In this document: positions 39,081-49,013 of the stretch, in pieces
Layout of the letters: every line of letters begins with the position of its first letter
Numbering within the stretch: position 1 is the stretch's first letter
Source of the DNA: Alphaproteobacteria bacterium
GTDB lineage: Bacteria; Pseudomonadota; Alphaproteobacteria; SP197
Reading direction: 5' to 3'
DNA: 64,000 nt
NCBI GenBank assembly: GCA_965228895.1
Contig: OZ245842.1
Location: forward strand, 5,408,001 to 5,472,000
Made by a program: the position numbers and the translations under genes
Notes under the pieces: generated by a model
The model's database searches: none
The model's input: only the letters and a program-made list of their open reading frames with translations
Told to the model about the DNA's origin: nothing

Positions 39081-40208
39081 ATGGCAAACATTCTTGAACT
39101 GATCAATGTGACCAAGACGTTTCGCGGCGGCGTCGTCGCGGTCGACGATATCTCGCTGGATATCCCCGAAGGCGAGTTCCTGACCATGCTTGGGCCTTCG
39201 GGCTGCGGCAAGACCACGACGCTGCGCATGGTCGGCGGGTTCGAATACCCGGATTCCGGCTCGATCATGCTCGACGGCCGCGATGTCACGGACGACCCGC
39301 CGTTCCGACGGCCGGTCAACATGATGTTTCAGGACTTCGCGCTGTTCCCGCACATGTCGGTGACCGATAACATCGGCTACGGCTTGAAGATTGCGGGCGC
39401 GCCCAGAAACGAGATTCAAGACAAGGTTACGCGCATGCTCGACCTGATCGAAATGCCGCAGATGGCCGGCCGTCTGCCGGCGCAATTGTCGATCGGCCAG
39501 CGCCAGCGTGTTGCCATGGCGCGCGCGCTGATCCGCGAACCGCGCATTCTGCTGCTCGACGAGCCGATGTCGGCCTTGGACGCCAAGCTGAAAGAAGCGA
39601 TGCAGATCGAGCTGCGTCATATCCATGATCGCATCGGCATCACGTTCATCATGGTCACCCACGACCAGAACGAAGCAATGATCATGTCCGACCGCATCAT
39701 GGTGATGCATGCCGGCCGGATCGAGCAGGTCGGTACGCCGACTGAGCTCTATGATTATCCCGCGACGGCCTATGTGGCGGAGTTCCTGGGTACGTCGAAC
39801 ATGCTGAAGGCAGCCGTCACCCGTGACGGTGACGGCGTCGTCGCGCAGGCAGGGGCGATTACAGTAAAGATTCCCGGCGCGTCACCCGGTATCGGCGACG
39901 GCGCGACGAAGACGCTGTTCATCCGCCCTGAAAAAATACGGCTTGTCGCCGGATCGGCGCCCGAGGGCGCGGTCACGTTCGATGGCGTCGTGCGTGAGAT
40001 GTTTTTCAGTGGCAACGCGGTTCGTCTCGATCTGGACATCGGCGCCGATCGATTGGTGATGGTGCATCACCAGCTCGACACCGGTCTGTCGCAGGCCGGG
40101 TTGCCGGTGGCGGGCGAGACGGTGACGTGTGCTATCAGACCCGATATCGTCGGCCTGTTCGACACCGCCGAGGTGGCGGCCGTCGAGGCCGAGGAGGCGG
40201 CGGCATGA
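39081..40208 (+). CDS. ABC transporter ATP-binding protein (PotA-like)
   Basis: GPSGCGKTT, LSIGQRQR, LLLDEP, VTHDQ, TOBE-like tail. Confidence 0.92.
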   Translation: MANILELINVTKTFRGGVVAVDDISLDIPEGEFLTMLGPSGCGKTTTLRMVGGFEYPDSGSIMLDGRDVTDDPPFRRPVNMMFQDFALFPHMSVTDNIGYGLKIAGAPRNEIQDKVTRMLDLIEMPQMAGRLPAQLSIGQRQRVAMARALIREPRILLLDEPMSALDAKLKEAMQIELRHIHDRIGITFIMVTHDQNEAMIMSDRIMVMHAGRIEQVGTPTELYDYPATAYVAEFLGTSNMLKAAVTRDGDGVVAQAGAITVKIPGASPGIGDGATKTLFIRPEKIRLVAGSAPEGAVTFDGVVREMFFSGNAVRLDLDIGADRLVMVHHQLDTGLSQAGLPVAGETVTCAIRPDIVGLFDTAEVAAVEAEEAAA

Positions 40209-41074
40209 ACCATCGCCTCAGACGCATGGTCGGGTTCTGGGCGCTGTTCTCCGGGCCGGCGCTGTGGTGGGGCCTGGTCTTGCTGGTGCCCTACCTGATG
40301 ATGCTGGCGATCAGCTTCTACACCCAGCAGTTCCCGTTCCACGTGCCGGACTTCCAGCTTGGTAACTATCTGACATTACTGGGTGATTCTCAATACTACG
40401 GGGTCCTCGGCCGCAGCGTGAAGGTGGCGCTCTTCGTGTCGGTGGCGGCGTTCTGCCTGAGTTATCCGCTGGCCTATTTCCTGGCTTTCAAGGTCCAGTC
40501 CAGCCGGCTGCGCATGTTCCTCTATATCGCGACCATCGTGCCGCTATGGGTGAGCTATCTGCTGCGCGCCTATACCTGGAAGACCATCCTGGGTTCGGAA
40601 GGCATCTTGAACTCGTTCCTGATGTGGCTTGGCATCATCGACCAGCCGAGCACCATCTTTCTCTATAACGAGTTCGCGATGGTCATCACCATGGCCTATA
40701 TCTTCACGCCCTTCATGGTGATGCCGATCTATGCATCACTGGAGAAGATCCCGCGCAGCCTGATGGAGGCATCAAAGGATTTGGGTGCTGGGCGTTGGAA
40801 GACGTTCATGAAGATCACCCTGCCGTTGACCATGCCGGGCATCTTGGCGGGCTTTACGTTCACGTTCGGGCTGTCGGTCGGCGACTTCATTTCGCCGATT
40901 CTGGTCGGCGGCCCTTACTCCAACATGATCGCCAATGTCGTCGCCAGTCAGTTCGGCATCTCGATGAACTGGCCGCTCGGTGCGGCGCTTTCCGTCGTGC
41001 TGTTGTTCATCGTACTCGGCATCATCACCGCCTCCGACAAGCTTGAGCGTGTCGGCCGGCTGAATATGGGTTAG
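40205..41074 (+). CDS. ABC transporter permease (PotB-like)
   Basis: PLWVSYLLR, EASKDLGA. Confidence 0.9.
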   Translation: MNHRLRRMVGFWALFSGPALWWGLVLLVPYLMMLAISFYTQQFPFHVPDFQLGNYLTLLGDSQYYGVLGRSVKVALFVSVAAFCLSYPLAYFLAFKVQSSRLRMFLYIATIVPLWVSYLLRAYTWKTILGSEGILNSFLMWLGIIDQPSTIFLYNEFAMVITMAYIFTPFMVMPIYASLEKIPRSLMEASKDLGAGRWKTFMKITLPLTMPGILAGFTFTFGLSVGDFISPILVGGPYSNMIANVVASQFGISMNWPLGAALSVVLLFIVLGIITASDKLERVGRLNMG

Positions 41075-41084
41075 GGGGAGCAAG

Positions 41085-41936
41085 ATGGCTGTCTTAACCG
41101 CAGAAGGAACCGCCGGTGCCACGCAGCGGCGGCGTCCTTTCGATATCTCCAACACCACGCTGGCCGTTGCCGCGGCTTGCGTGCTGGCCTTCCTCTATGT
41201 GCCCATCGCCACCTTGATGGTGTTCAGCTTCAACGCCAATCCGGTCACCAAATTACCGCTGACCGAGTTCACCTTTGCTTGGTACGAAAAGGCGCTCAAC
41301 AATCCCGACCTGATGACAGCGGTTTGGAACAGTGTCGTTGTCGGATTGTCTGCGGTCTGTATCTGCATCGCTATTGGCGTGCCGACGGCGCTGGCGCTCG
41401 ATCGCTATAACTTCCCCGGCAAGACAATCTTCCGGCGCCTGGTCATCCTGCCGATCACGCTTCCCGGCCTGATCACCGGCGTTTCGATGCTGACCATGTT
41501 CAGAACGGCCGGCATCGAGCTCAGCCTTGTCACCGTCATCATCGGGCACGGTACGGCGCTGACGGCGATCGTCGTCACCAATGTCTTTGCGCGGCTGCAG
41601 CGCTTTGACCGCAGGATCGAAGAGGCATCGGCGGATCTGGGCGCGCGGCCCTGGCAGACCTTCCGCTATGTGACCCTGCCCAACATCAAATCGGCCCTGA
41701 TTGGCTCGTCGCTTATCTCGTTCACGCTGTCGTTTGATGAGATCCCGGTGACCTTTTTCCTGACCGGTCGCGACAACACCTTGCCGATGTATATCTGGTC
41801 GGTCATCCGGCGTGGGATCACACCGGAGATCAACGCCATTGGCACGATCATTGTCGGTGTCTCCATCATCTTGATCCTGTTTTCCGTCTTCATCATGCAT
41901 GAGGACAACCAGCGCGCGGGGCCGGTCCAGAAGTAG
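41085..41936 (+). CDS. ABC transporter permease (PotC-like)
   Basis: FLYVPI..SFN, EEASADLGA, TLSFDE, PEINA. Confidence 0.9.
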   Translation: MAVLTAEGTAGATQRRRPFDISNTTLAVAAACVLAFLYVPIATLMVFSFNANPVTKLPLTEFTFAWYEKALNNPDLMTAVWNSVVVGLSAVCICIAIGVPTALALDRYNFPGKTIFRRLVILPITLPGLITGVSMLTMFRTAGIELSLVTVIIGHGTALTAIVVTNVFARLQRFDRRIEEASADLGARPWQTFRYVTLPNIKSALIGSSLISFTLSFDEIPVTFFLTGRDNTLPMYIWSVIRRGITPEINAIGTIIVGVSIILILFSVFIMHEDNQRAGPVQK

Positions 41937-41999
41937 GCGGTTGCCTGAACCCGGGCCGCCGTGGTCTAAGCGATCGTCTTCTGTTGATCGGGGTTCGGG

Positions 42000-43607
42000 A
42001 TGGCGGACAATCAAGGCAACGGTGACGGCGCTCTCGATTTAGTCATTGTCGGCGCCGGTTTTGCCGGCCTCTACATGCTGCACCTGGCGCGTGGCCTTGG
42101 ACTGAAGGCGCGTGTGCTTGAGGCTGGCGACGGCGTCGGCGGCACATGGTACTGGAACCGCTATCCCGGCGCGCGCTGCGATGTCGAGAGCATGGAGTAC
42201 TCCTATCAATTCTGTCCGGAGCTGGAACAGGAATGGGAGTGGTCGGAACGCTACGCACCGCAGCCGGAGATCCTGCGCTACGCCAATCACGTTGCCGACC
42301 GGTTTGACCTGCGCGACGATATCCAGTTCGAGACTCGGGTCACAGCCGCGACCTTCGACGACCGCTCGGGAACATGGGCCGTCGAGACCGATGATAGCGG
42401 CACGCTCGAAACCCGGTTCGTGGTCATGGCGACAGGCTGCCTGTCGTCCGCCAATACGCCGGCGATCAAGGGTCTCGACGACTTCAAAGGTCCGATCTAC
42501 CACACCGGTACCTGGCCCCACGACGACATCGATTTCACCGGGCTTCGTGTCGGCGTGATCGGCACGGGGTCTTCGGCCATCCAGTCGATCCCCATCATCG
42601 CCGAGCAGGCGGATGAGCTGTTCGTTTTTCAGCGCACGCCAAACTATGCGGTACCGGCGCAAAATCACCCGCTGGATCCCGCCTACCAACGCGACGTGAA
42701 GGCCCACTATGGCGAACTTCGCGCCCGTGCGCGCCAGACAAAGAACGGCGTCGATACGCGTCCCAACGATGTCTCCGCGCTGGCGGTCGGCGATGACGAA
42801 CGCCGGGCCGAATATGAGGCACGCTGGGAATATGGCGGTCTGCCTTTCATGGCTGCCTTCAACGACCTCCTGATCAGGCAAGACGCGAACGATACGGCAC
42901 GCGAATTTTTGTGCGGCAAGATCCACGAGATTGTCGACGACCCGGCGGTCGCAGCGCTGCTGTCGCCCACCAATGTCGTCGGCTGCAAACGTCTGTGCGT
43001 CGATACCGGCTACTACGCGACCTATAACCGCGACAACGTGACTCTGGTCGATGTGTCGGAGTCGCCGGTCGAGCAGATTACACCGGACGGTCTGATCGTC
43101 GGCAATCGCTCATACGCGCTCGATGTCATTGTCATGGCAACCGGCTTCGACGCCATGACGGGCGCGCTTTTGAAGGTGGCGATCCAGGGCCGCGATGGTG
43201 AGCGCCTGCAGGACAAGTGGGCCGCTGGCCCGCGCACCTATCTGGGCCTGATGTCGGCGGGTTTCCCCAACCTCTTCATGGTCACCGGGCCCGGCAGCCC
43301 GTCAGTGCTGACCAACATGCTGCCGTCGATCGAGCAGCATGTGGAGTGGATCGCCGGTTGCCTCGGTTATCTGGCCGAACACGGTCACGACCGGATCGAG
43401 CCGACGCCGGATGCTGAGAACGACTGGGTCGACCACGTCAACGATCTGGCCGACCACACGCTCTATCCGACCTGCAACTCGTGGTATCTGGGCGCGAACG
43501 TCCCCGGAAAACCGCGCGTCTTCATGCCGCACATCGGTTATCCGACCTATGTCCGCCATTGCGAGCAGGTCGTCGCCAAGGGCTACGAGGGTTTCGCATT
43601 GGGTTGA
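42000..43607 (+). CDS. Type I Baeyer-Villiger monooxygenase (CHMO/PAMO-like)
   Basis: GAGFAG, GGTWYWNRYPGARCD, FKGPIYHTGTWP fingerprint, GTGSSA. Confidence 0.93.
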   Translation: MADNQGNGDGALDLVIVGAGFAGLYMLHLARGLGLKARVLEAGDGVGGTWYWNRYPGARCDVESMEYSYQFCPELEQEWEWSERYAPQPEILRYANHVADRFDLRDDIQFETRVTAATFDDRSGTWAVETDDSGTLETRFVVMATGCLSSANTPAIKGLDDFKGPIYHTGTWPHDDIDFTGLRVGVIGTGSSAIQSIPIIAEQADELFVFQRTPNYAVPAQNHPLDPAYQRDVKAHYGELRARARQTKNGVDTRPNDVSALAVGDDERRAEYEARWEYGGLPFMAAFNDLLIRQDANDTAREFLCGKIHEIVDDPAVAALLSPTNVVGCKRLCVDTGYYATYNRDNVTLVDVSESPVEQITPDGLIVGNRSYALDVIVMATGFDAMTGALLKVAIQGRDGERLQDKWAAGPRTYLGLMSAGFPNLFMVTGPGSPSVLTNMLPSIEQHVEWIAGCLGYLAEHGHDRIEPTPDAENDWVDHVNDLADHTLYPTCNSWYLGANVPGKPRVFMPHIGYPTYVRHCEQVVAKGYEGFALG

Positions 43608-43670
43608 GACCGGGTAGCCCGGTTCGTTAGATAATTGTTCAGGCTATGGTGGGTTTGGGGAGGAGCAGAG

Positions 43671-44966
43671 ATGACGCGCCACTACCTCGACCCAGCGCCG
43701 CGCAGCTATTCGTCCGCCGTCATGCTTTTGCGCCGGGGGGAACTGAAGCCGGACGACCCTGCGCGGCTCGGTAAACCGGACCTCGAGACGTGGCTTCTGA
43801 ACGACGCGGCTGACGAAACCGACCTCCTGGAACTGTTCCAGGCCTTTGCCTGGCGCATGGTCGCAGCGGGCCTACCGGTTCAACGGGTCGGCCTGAGTAT
43901 CGGCACACTCCATCCCCAACTCGTCGGTTATTCGTGGAACTGGAACAGCGATGACGGGTACTGCGATGAGCTGGAGGTCGAGGAGCGTGTTCTGACGACC
44001 GATGCCTATCGGCTTAACCCCATTTTCCAAGTCATCGAACATGGCGAACCGTTCCGTTCGCGCACGGATTTGGCTGATGGCGCGCAGCAGTCACCGCTGA
44101 TGACGGAGCTCGCCGAGCAAGGCATTGTGGAGTACGCCGCCTTGCCGCTACCCGCCGGCAGCAACGTCCACAATGCGGTGACCATCGCGACCAAACAGCC
44201 GGGTGGGTTTTCCGATGCTCAGTTCGCTGACATCAACCACTACCTCCGCCTGCTCGCGCTTCATGTCCAAAAGCACATCGCGCTCCGTATCTCGGAGAAC
44301 ATCGTCACGACCTATCTCGGTGCGGCCGCTGGCGATCAGGTGTTGCGCGGCTCGATCAAGCGCGGATCGGGTCAGCCGATCGATGCCATCATCTGGGCCT
44401 CGGACATGCGGGGATTCACGGATCTGGCGGCACAGCTGACGGAGCGGGACATGATCGCGGTGCTCGACGCCTATTTCGACCGGCTGGCAGGCTCGGTGAT
44501 GACCCATGGCGGCGAGGTCTTGAAGTTCATCGGCGATGGCCTGTTGGCCGTCTTTCCTTTTTCGCGCTTCGGCAGCGAACACGATGCCGCCACCGCCGCC
44601 ATCACCGCCGCGCAAGACGCACTTTGCGTACTCGATCAGCTGAACAAGGATGAGAGCCAATTGTCCGACATCGACGGTTGGCGGCCGCTGCGCACGGGTA
44701 TTGCTCTGCATCGCGGTGAGGTCTTTTTTGGCAATGTCGGCGCGCCGGAACGTCTCGATTTCACGGTGATCGGTCGTGCGGTCAACGCGGTCAGCCGGGT
44801 CGAGGGTCTGTGCAAGCCGCTTGGCCGCCCTATTCTAATCACACAGCCCGTCGCCGATCTGCTCAGTCTGCCGTTGGACGATTTGGGTGAACACACGCTG
44901 CGCGGATTTACCGAACCGGTTTCGATCTATGCGCCGCAGGGCGGTCCCTCCAATCCAGGAACTTGA
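43671..44966 (+). CDS. Soluble class III adenylate cyclase with GAF-like N-terminal region
   Basis: SDMRGFT, KFIGDG, DFTVIG.AVN..SR. Confidence 0.88.
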   Translation: MTRHYLDPAPRSYSSAVMLLRRGELKPDDPARLGKPDLETWLLNDAADETDLLELFQAFAWRMVAAGLPVQRVGLSIGTLHPQLVGYSWNWNSDDGYCDELEVEERVLTTDAYRLNPIFQVIEHGEPFRSRTDLADGAQQSPLMTELAEQGIVEYAALPLPAGSNVHNAVTIATKQPGGFSDAQFADINHYLRLLALHVQKHIALRISENIVTTYLGAAAGDQVLRGSIKRGSGQPIDAIIWASDMRGFTDLAAQLTERDMIAVLDAYFDRLAGSVMTHGGEVLKFIGDGLLAVFPFSRFGSEHDAATAAITAAQDALCVLDQLNKDESQLSDIDGWRPLRTGIALHRGEVFFGNVGAPERLDFTVIGRAVNAVSRVEGLCKPLGRPILITQPVADLLSLPLDDLGEHTLRGFTEPVSIYAPQGGPSNPGT

Positions 44967-44996
44967 TGCGGCGCGCGTGTCCTCGCGCCGCGCCTG

Positions 44997-46331
44997 TCAG
45001 CTCATCTCGTAATAGCGGCGCAGCTCGAGATCCGTGACTGTCTCGCGGAACACCGAACACTCGTAACGCGCGAGGTCGATCAGGTTGTCGACAAACGCGG
45101 CCGGCAGGATCTCGCGAATGGCCGGTGTGGTGTCGGCGAGATCGGCCGCCTCTTCGAGGGTACGCGGCACGTGGTCGAGGCCTTGGACATGATAGGCGTT
45201 GCCGTCGACGGGCGCGGGAAGACGCATTTTTTTGTCGACGCCGCGCATGCCGGCGCCGAACAGCACGGCGAAAGCGGTATAGGGATTGAGGTCGGCGCCG
45301 CCGATACGATGTTCCAGCCGCGTCTTGCCGGCGCCGGTGTTGATGACACGCAATCCAGAGGTCCTGTTGTCGATACTCCAGCAGCGGGTGACGCCGGCGA
45401 AACTGTCGTCCTGAAAACGTTTGTAGGAATTGACAAAGGGCGCAATGAACAGCGTGGTCTCACAAAGAAGGTCAAGCTGACCGGCGATGAAGCGGCGGAA
45501 CCACGGCGTCAGGTTGTCCTTGGACCCCGCATCATAACACAGCGACTTGCCGGTCTTGGCGTCGCTGAAGCTTTGATGGATATGGCCGGAATTGCCGGAG
45601 AAGTCCTGATGCCACTTGGCCATGAAGGTCGCGGAGAGGCCGGCCTCCGCTGCGATCTGTTTCACCGCCGTCTTGAACAGCATGACCTGGTCGGCCATGG
45701 CGAGCGCGTCGGTAGCCGCCAGGTTGATCTCGAACTGGCCCTGGCCCCATTCTGGCGTGCAGCCCTCGACGATAGCCTCGAAGCATTCGCGAATCCGCGC
45801 GACAACGGGTTCGTGGAAACTGCCTTCGTAAATCGAATAGCAGTGGATGTCCTGGGATGCCGGGCCGAGGCCGGAGAAGTCGCCGCGCCTGACATCGGCG
45901 ATCGGCTTGGGCATCAAATAGAACTCAAACTCCAGCGCGACACGTTCGGCGATGTTCCGTTTTCGCATCGCCGCGATCTGGCGCTTCAGTTCGCTGCGCG
46001 GGCAATAGGGGCAGGGACTGCCGTCGGGCCAGACCCAGTCGATCAGTACGATGGCGGTGTTCGGTTCCCACGGCGCTATCTGCAGGGTCGTGAGGTCGGG
46101 CACGCCTTTGACGTCCGGCACGCCGGTGCCCAGCATGTCCGGTAGGACGTCGTCGACGGTGGTTGTGCGCATGATGAACCAGGCAAAGGTCAGGCCCGAT
46201 TCAAGTGCCGTCTGGAAATAGGGTACGGTCAAACGTTTGCCACGCAAGACGCCCATCGGATCGGTGCCCGCAGCAATGACCGTGCGGATACCGTTCTCTT
46301 CCAAGAACGCTTTGATGTGCTGTCGTTTCAT
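44997..46331 (-). CDS. Glutamine synthetase-like gamma-glutamyl ligase C (PuuA/IpuC-like)
   Basis: DPMGVLRGK, LEFEF, EWGQGQFE, NSGHIHQS, DNRTSGLR, RLEHR..GADLNPY. Confidence 0.88.
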   Translation of the reverse strand: MKRQHIKAFLEENGIRTVIAAGTDPMGVLRGKRLTVPYFQTALESGLTFAWFIMRTTTVDDVLPDMLGTGVPDVKGVPDLTTLQIAPWEPNTAIVLIDWVWPDGSPCPYCPRSELKRQIAAMRKRNIAERVALEFEFYLMPKPIADVRRGDFSGLGPASQDIHCYSIYEGSFHEPVVARIRECFEAIVEGCTPEWGQGQFEINLAATDALAMADQVMLFKTAVKQIAAEAGLSATFMAKWHQDFSGNSGHIHQSFSDAKTGKSLCYDAGSKDNLTPWFRRFIAGQLDLLCETTLFIAPFVNSYKRFQDDSFAGVTRCWSIDNRTSGLRVINTGAGKTRLEHRIGGADLNPYTAFAVLFGAGMRGVDKKMRLPAPVDGNAYHVQGLDHVPRTLEEAADLADTTPAIREILPAAFVDNLIDLARYECSVFRETVTDLELRRYYEMS

Positions 46332-46407
46332 GGTGCCGCCCGTCTCGTCTTATGCCCGGGATTGATCCCGGCGCCCCTCATCTGTCATCGGCCATGGGCG
46401 GCGTGAC

Positions 46408-46554
46408 GTCAAGCCGGCGCGTGGCGCTTTGTTTGCCCCTTAGCGGCTCCGGCCCGCTCCCCCACCCGGCCACCCCAAGTATCCTCGCAGGGTGGCCGGG
46501 TGGGGGAGCGGGCCGGCTATGGCCGGCTTGCTGTGTCAAGCCGGCGCGTGGCGC
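46408..46554. repeat. 27-bp perfect inverted repeat flanked by a 20-bp direct repeat
   Basis: IR arms 46449-46475 and 46490-46516; GTCAAGCCGGCGCGTGGCGC at 46408 and 46535. Confidence 0.8.
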
Positions 46555-47762
46555 AAGGACGGCGTGCGGGTCAAGCCAATCAGGAAGCCGATAATCAGCA
46601 AGTTGGCGACGTTGAACGCGGTCCCGGCCAGGAAGGCCGAGGTGTAGCTGCCCGTCATGTCATAGCCGAAGCCGCCCAGCCAGCCGCCGATCGCCATGCC
46701 GAAGGTGCCGAACATAACGACGATGCCGGTGTAGCGCCCCGCGCGCCGCTCCGGCAGATATTCGCGCACGATGACGGGATAACACGGGCCGATGCCGCCA
46801 TAGCCGAAGCCGAACATGGCCGCGACGACGTAGAAACCCATCAGGCCCTGCGTGAACGGCAGGATGGTCAGCATGACGACCTGTATCACCGAGAACAGGA
46901 AGAGCGCCTTCAAAGCGCCAAAGCGGCTAATCAGCAAGCCGGCAAAGACCGCGCGGGCAACGAAGCTGGCCAGCAGCATGACCGAGAGTAGTGTCGCCGC
47001 CTGCATCGGCGCGATACCGACATCGGTGGCATGGACCTTCAGATGCGCCAAGGGCAGCGACATGGCGATACAGCAACCGATGATGGCACAACACAGCAGC
47101 GCAAGCAGGCTGTTGGGCCTGAGACGATAAATCGTGGCGCTGCGTCCCGGCGCGGCCGAGCCGCCGGAAACGGTGTGGTGGTCGACCGGCGGTGGGCTTC
47201 GTTTCAGGATGAGGCTGAGCGGCACCATGACCAGGATGGTTGCGATGCCGTAGTAGATATAGGTCGCCCGCCAACCGATCTCGGTCAGACCCAGTTCGAA
47301 GATCGGCGGCCACAGGAACCCGGCCAGACTCTGGCCACTGGCGACCAGACCGACGGCCATGCCGCGGTTGCGGTCGAACCATCGGGTGATGTTGGCCATT
47401 AACGGTGCGAACATGGCGGCCGTGCCCAAAAGGCCGATCATCACACCGTAGATGGCCCACAACTCCCAGCGGCTTGAGATCATGCCGGTGAGAATGGCGC
47501 CGGAACCGATCATGACGGCGCCGAGCAGCGCGGGTTTTCCCATGCCGGCGCGATCGAGCCACCAGCCCATGGCGATGCAGCCCAGCCCGCCGCCGACAAA
47601 CTGTAGCGCATAAGCGGTCGAGGGCACACCACGTGGCCAGTCGAAGCTGTCGGCAATATCCGCCATGGCGACGATGATCAGGAACATCGCGCCGTTGGCC
47701 ATCAGCAGCATCAGGATCGACGCGGCGAGCACATACCAACGATAACGGCGGGGATCAGACAT
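46536..47762 (-). CDS. MFS transporter (OFA/MCT-like)
   Basis: About 12 TM; GWWLDRAG, RWFDRNRGMAVG. Confidence 0.88.
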   Translation of the reverse strand: MSDPRRYRWYVLAASILMLLMANGAMFLIIVAMADIADSFDWPRGVPSTAYALQFVGGGLGCIAMGWWLDRAGMGKPALLGAVMIGSGAILTGMISSRWELWAIYGVMIGLLGTAAMFAPLMANITRWFDRNRGMAVGLVASGQSLAGFLWPPIFELGLTEIGWRATYIYYGIATILVMVPLSLILKRSPPPVDHHTVSGGSAAPGRSATIYRLRPNSLLALLCCAIIGCCIAMSLPLAHLKVHATDVGIAPMQAATLLSVMLLASFVARAVFAGLLISRFGALKALFLFSVIQVVMLTILPFTQGLMGFYVVAAMFGFGYGGIGPCYPVIVREYLPERRAGRYTGIVVMFGTFGMAIGGWLGGFGYDMTGSYTSAFLAGTAFNVANLLIIGFLIGLTRTPSLRHAPA

Positions 47763-47846
47763 TCACAGGACCGGCGGGTTAGGCACGCAGCCTACTCCCT
47801 CAATTCGCGCCGGCCAAACACGAACTGCGGTGGAATTGACGCGATC

Positions 47847-48995
47847 ATGGTAACGTCAGGACAAGCGCTGGAACCAAGCTGGCGGAGCAGGGACGTGGCA
47901 ACGACAGGCGTAACGGCCGGCATGATCGGTCACGGCGAATACAACCGCAACTCCGCACCGCAGATGGCGGCCATCGCCCATGTCATGCCCTGGCTTGATG
48001 ACGCGCTTGCCGCCCTGCCGTTGGGTGACTCGTTGCCGGCCATCAGCCTGGCCGATTTCGGCTGTTCGGAAGGGCGTAACTCTATTGCCGTCATGGAACA
48101 CGGCGTAACGACACTACGCACCCGCACGCCGCGATCCATCCAGACGATCCATAGTGATTTGCCGACCAACGACTATGCCGCGTTGCTGACCGGTCTGCGG
48201 CCTGGCGGGCGTTCCGTATTCGGCGATGACGCGGTCTCTTCCGCTGTTGTCGGCGGCTCCATGTACGATCGGCTGCTACCGCCGTGTTCCCTGCACCTGG
48301 CGATGACATTCAACGCGATTGCGTTCTTTAGCCGACGCCCGCTCGATCGTCTGCCCGGTTACATTGTCGCGAACGGCCCCAGTGATCTGGGCAGTGGGGC
48401 CGGCTGGGTGACAGACGAGGAGCATGCAGCGTTAGCCGCACAATCGCGACGGGATCTCGAGGCGTTCTTGAACGCGCGTGCGGTCGAGCTGATCCCGGGC
48501 GGCAAACTCCTGCTGCAGGTATTCGGCACCGGGCCGACACACGCAACGTGTGACGGTTTCGCGGATGCGTTGAACGATGCGCTGCTGGAGATGGTGGACG
48601 ACAATCTGATCGATCGCGATCACTACGAGATCTACTATCATCCCACTTACTTTCGCACACTCGACGAGCTGACCGCGCCGCTAACGGATGCGCGATCACC
48701 ATGTGCCCAACTCTTCGCACTGGAACGAGCCGAGACCTATGAGATCCCGGTGTCGTTCGTCGAGACGTTTAGGAATACCGGCGATGCCGACCGGTTTGCC
48801 GACGAGTTCACGGCGTTCTTCCGTGTTTTTAGTGAGTCGCCGCTAAGGCTTTGCTTGGCGGGGCTAGCGAATCTCGACGACCTCATCGACGACATCTATG
48901 CCCGTGCGAAACGTCTCATCCGCGACGATCGCCGCCGCCACGACTATCATTTCATTGCGTTGGCGGCGTTGCTGACGCGGCGCGAGAACCCGTAG
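47847..48995 (+). CDS. SABATH-like (Methyltransf_7) SAM-dependent methyltransferase
   Basis: YNRNS..Q, ADFGCSEGRNS, SDLPTNDY, GSMYDRLLP, ARAVELIPGG; start may be 47895. Confidence 0.8.
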   Translation: MVTSGQALEPSWRSRDVATTGVTAGMIGHGEYNRNSAPQMAAIAHVMPWLDDALAALPLGDSLPAISLADFGCSEGRNSIAVMEHGVTTLRTRTPRSIQTIHSDLPTNDYAALLTGLRPGGRSVFGDDAVSSAVVGGSMYDRLLPPCSLHLAMTFNAIAFFSRRPLDRLPGYIVANGPSDLGSGAGWVTDEEHAALAAQSRRDLEAFLNARAVELIPGGKLLLQVFGTGPTHATCDGFADALNDALLEMVDDNLIDRDHYEIYYHPTYFRTLDELTAPLTDARSPCAQLFALERAETYEIPVSFVETFRNTGDADRFADEFTAFFRVFSESPLRLCLAGLANLDDLIDDIYARAKRLIRDDRRRHDYHFIALAALLTRRENP

Positions 48996-49013
48996 GTAAG
49001 CCGCCGACCGCCC

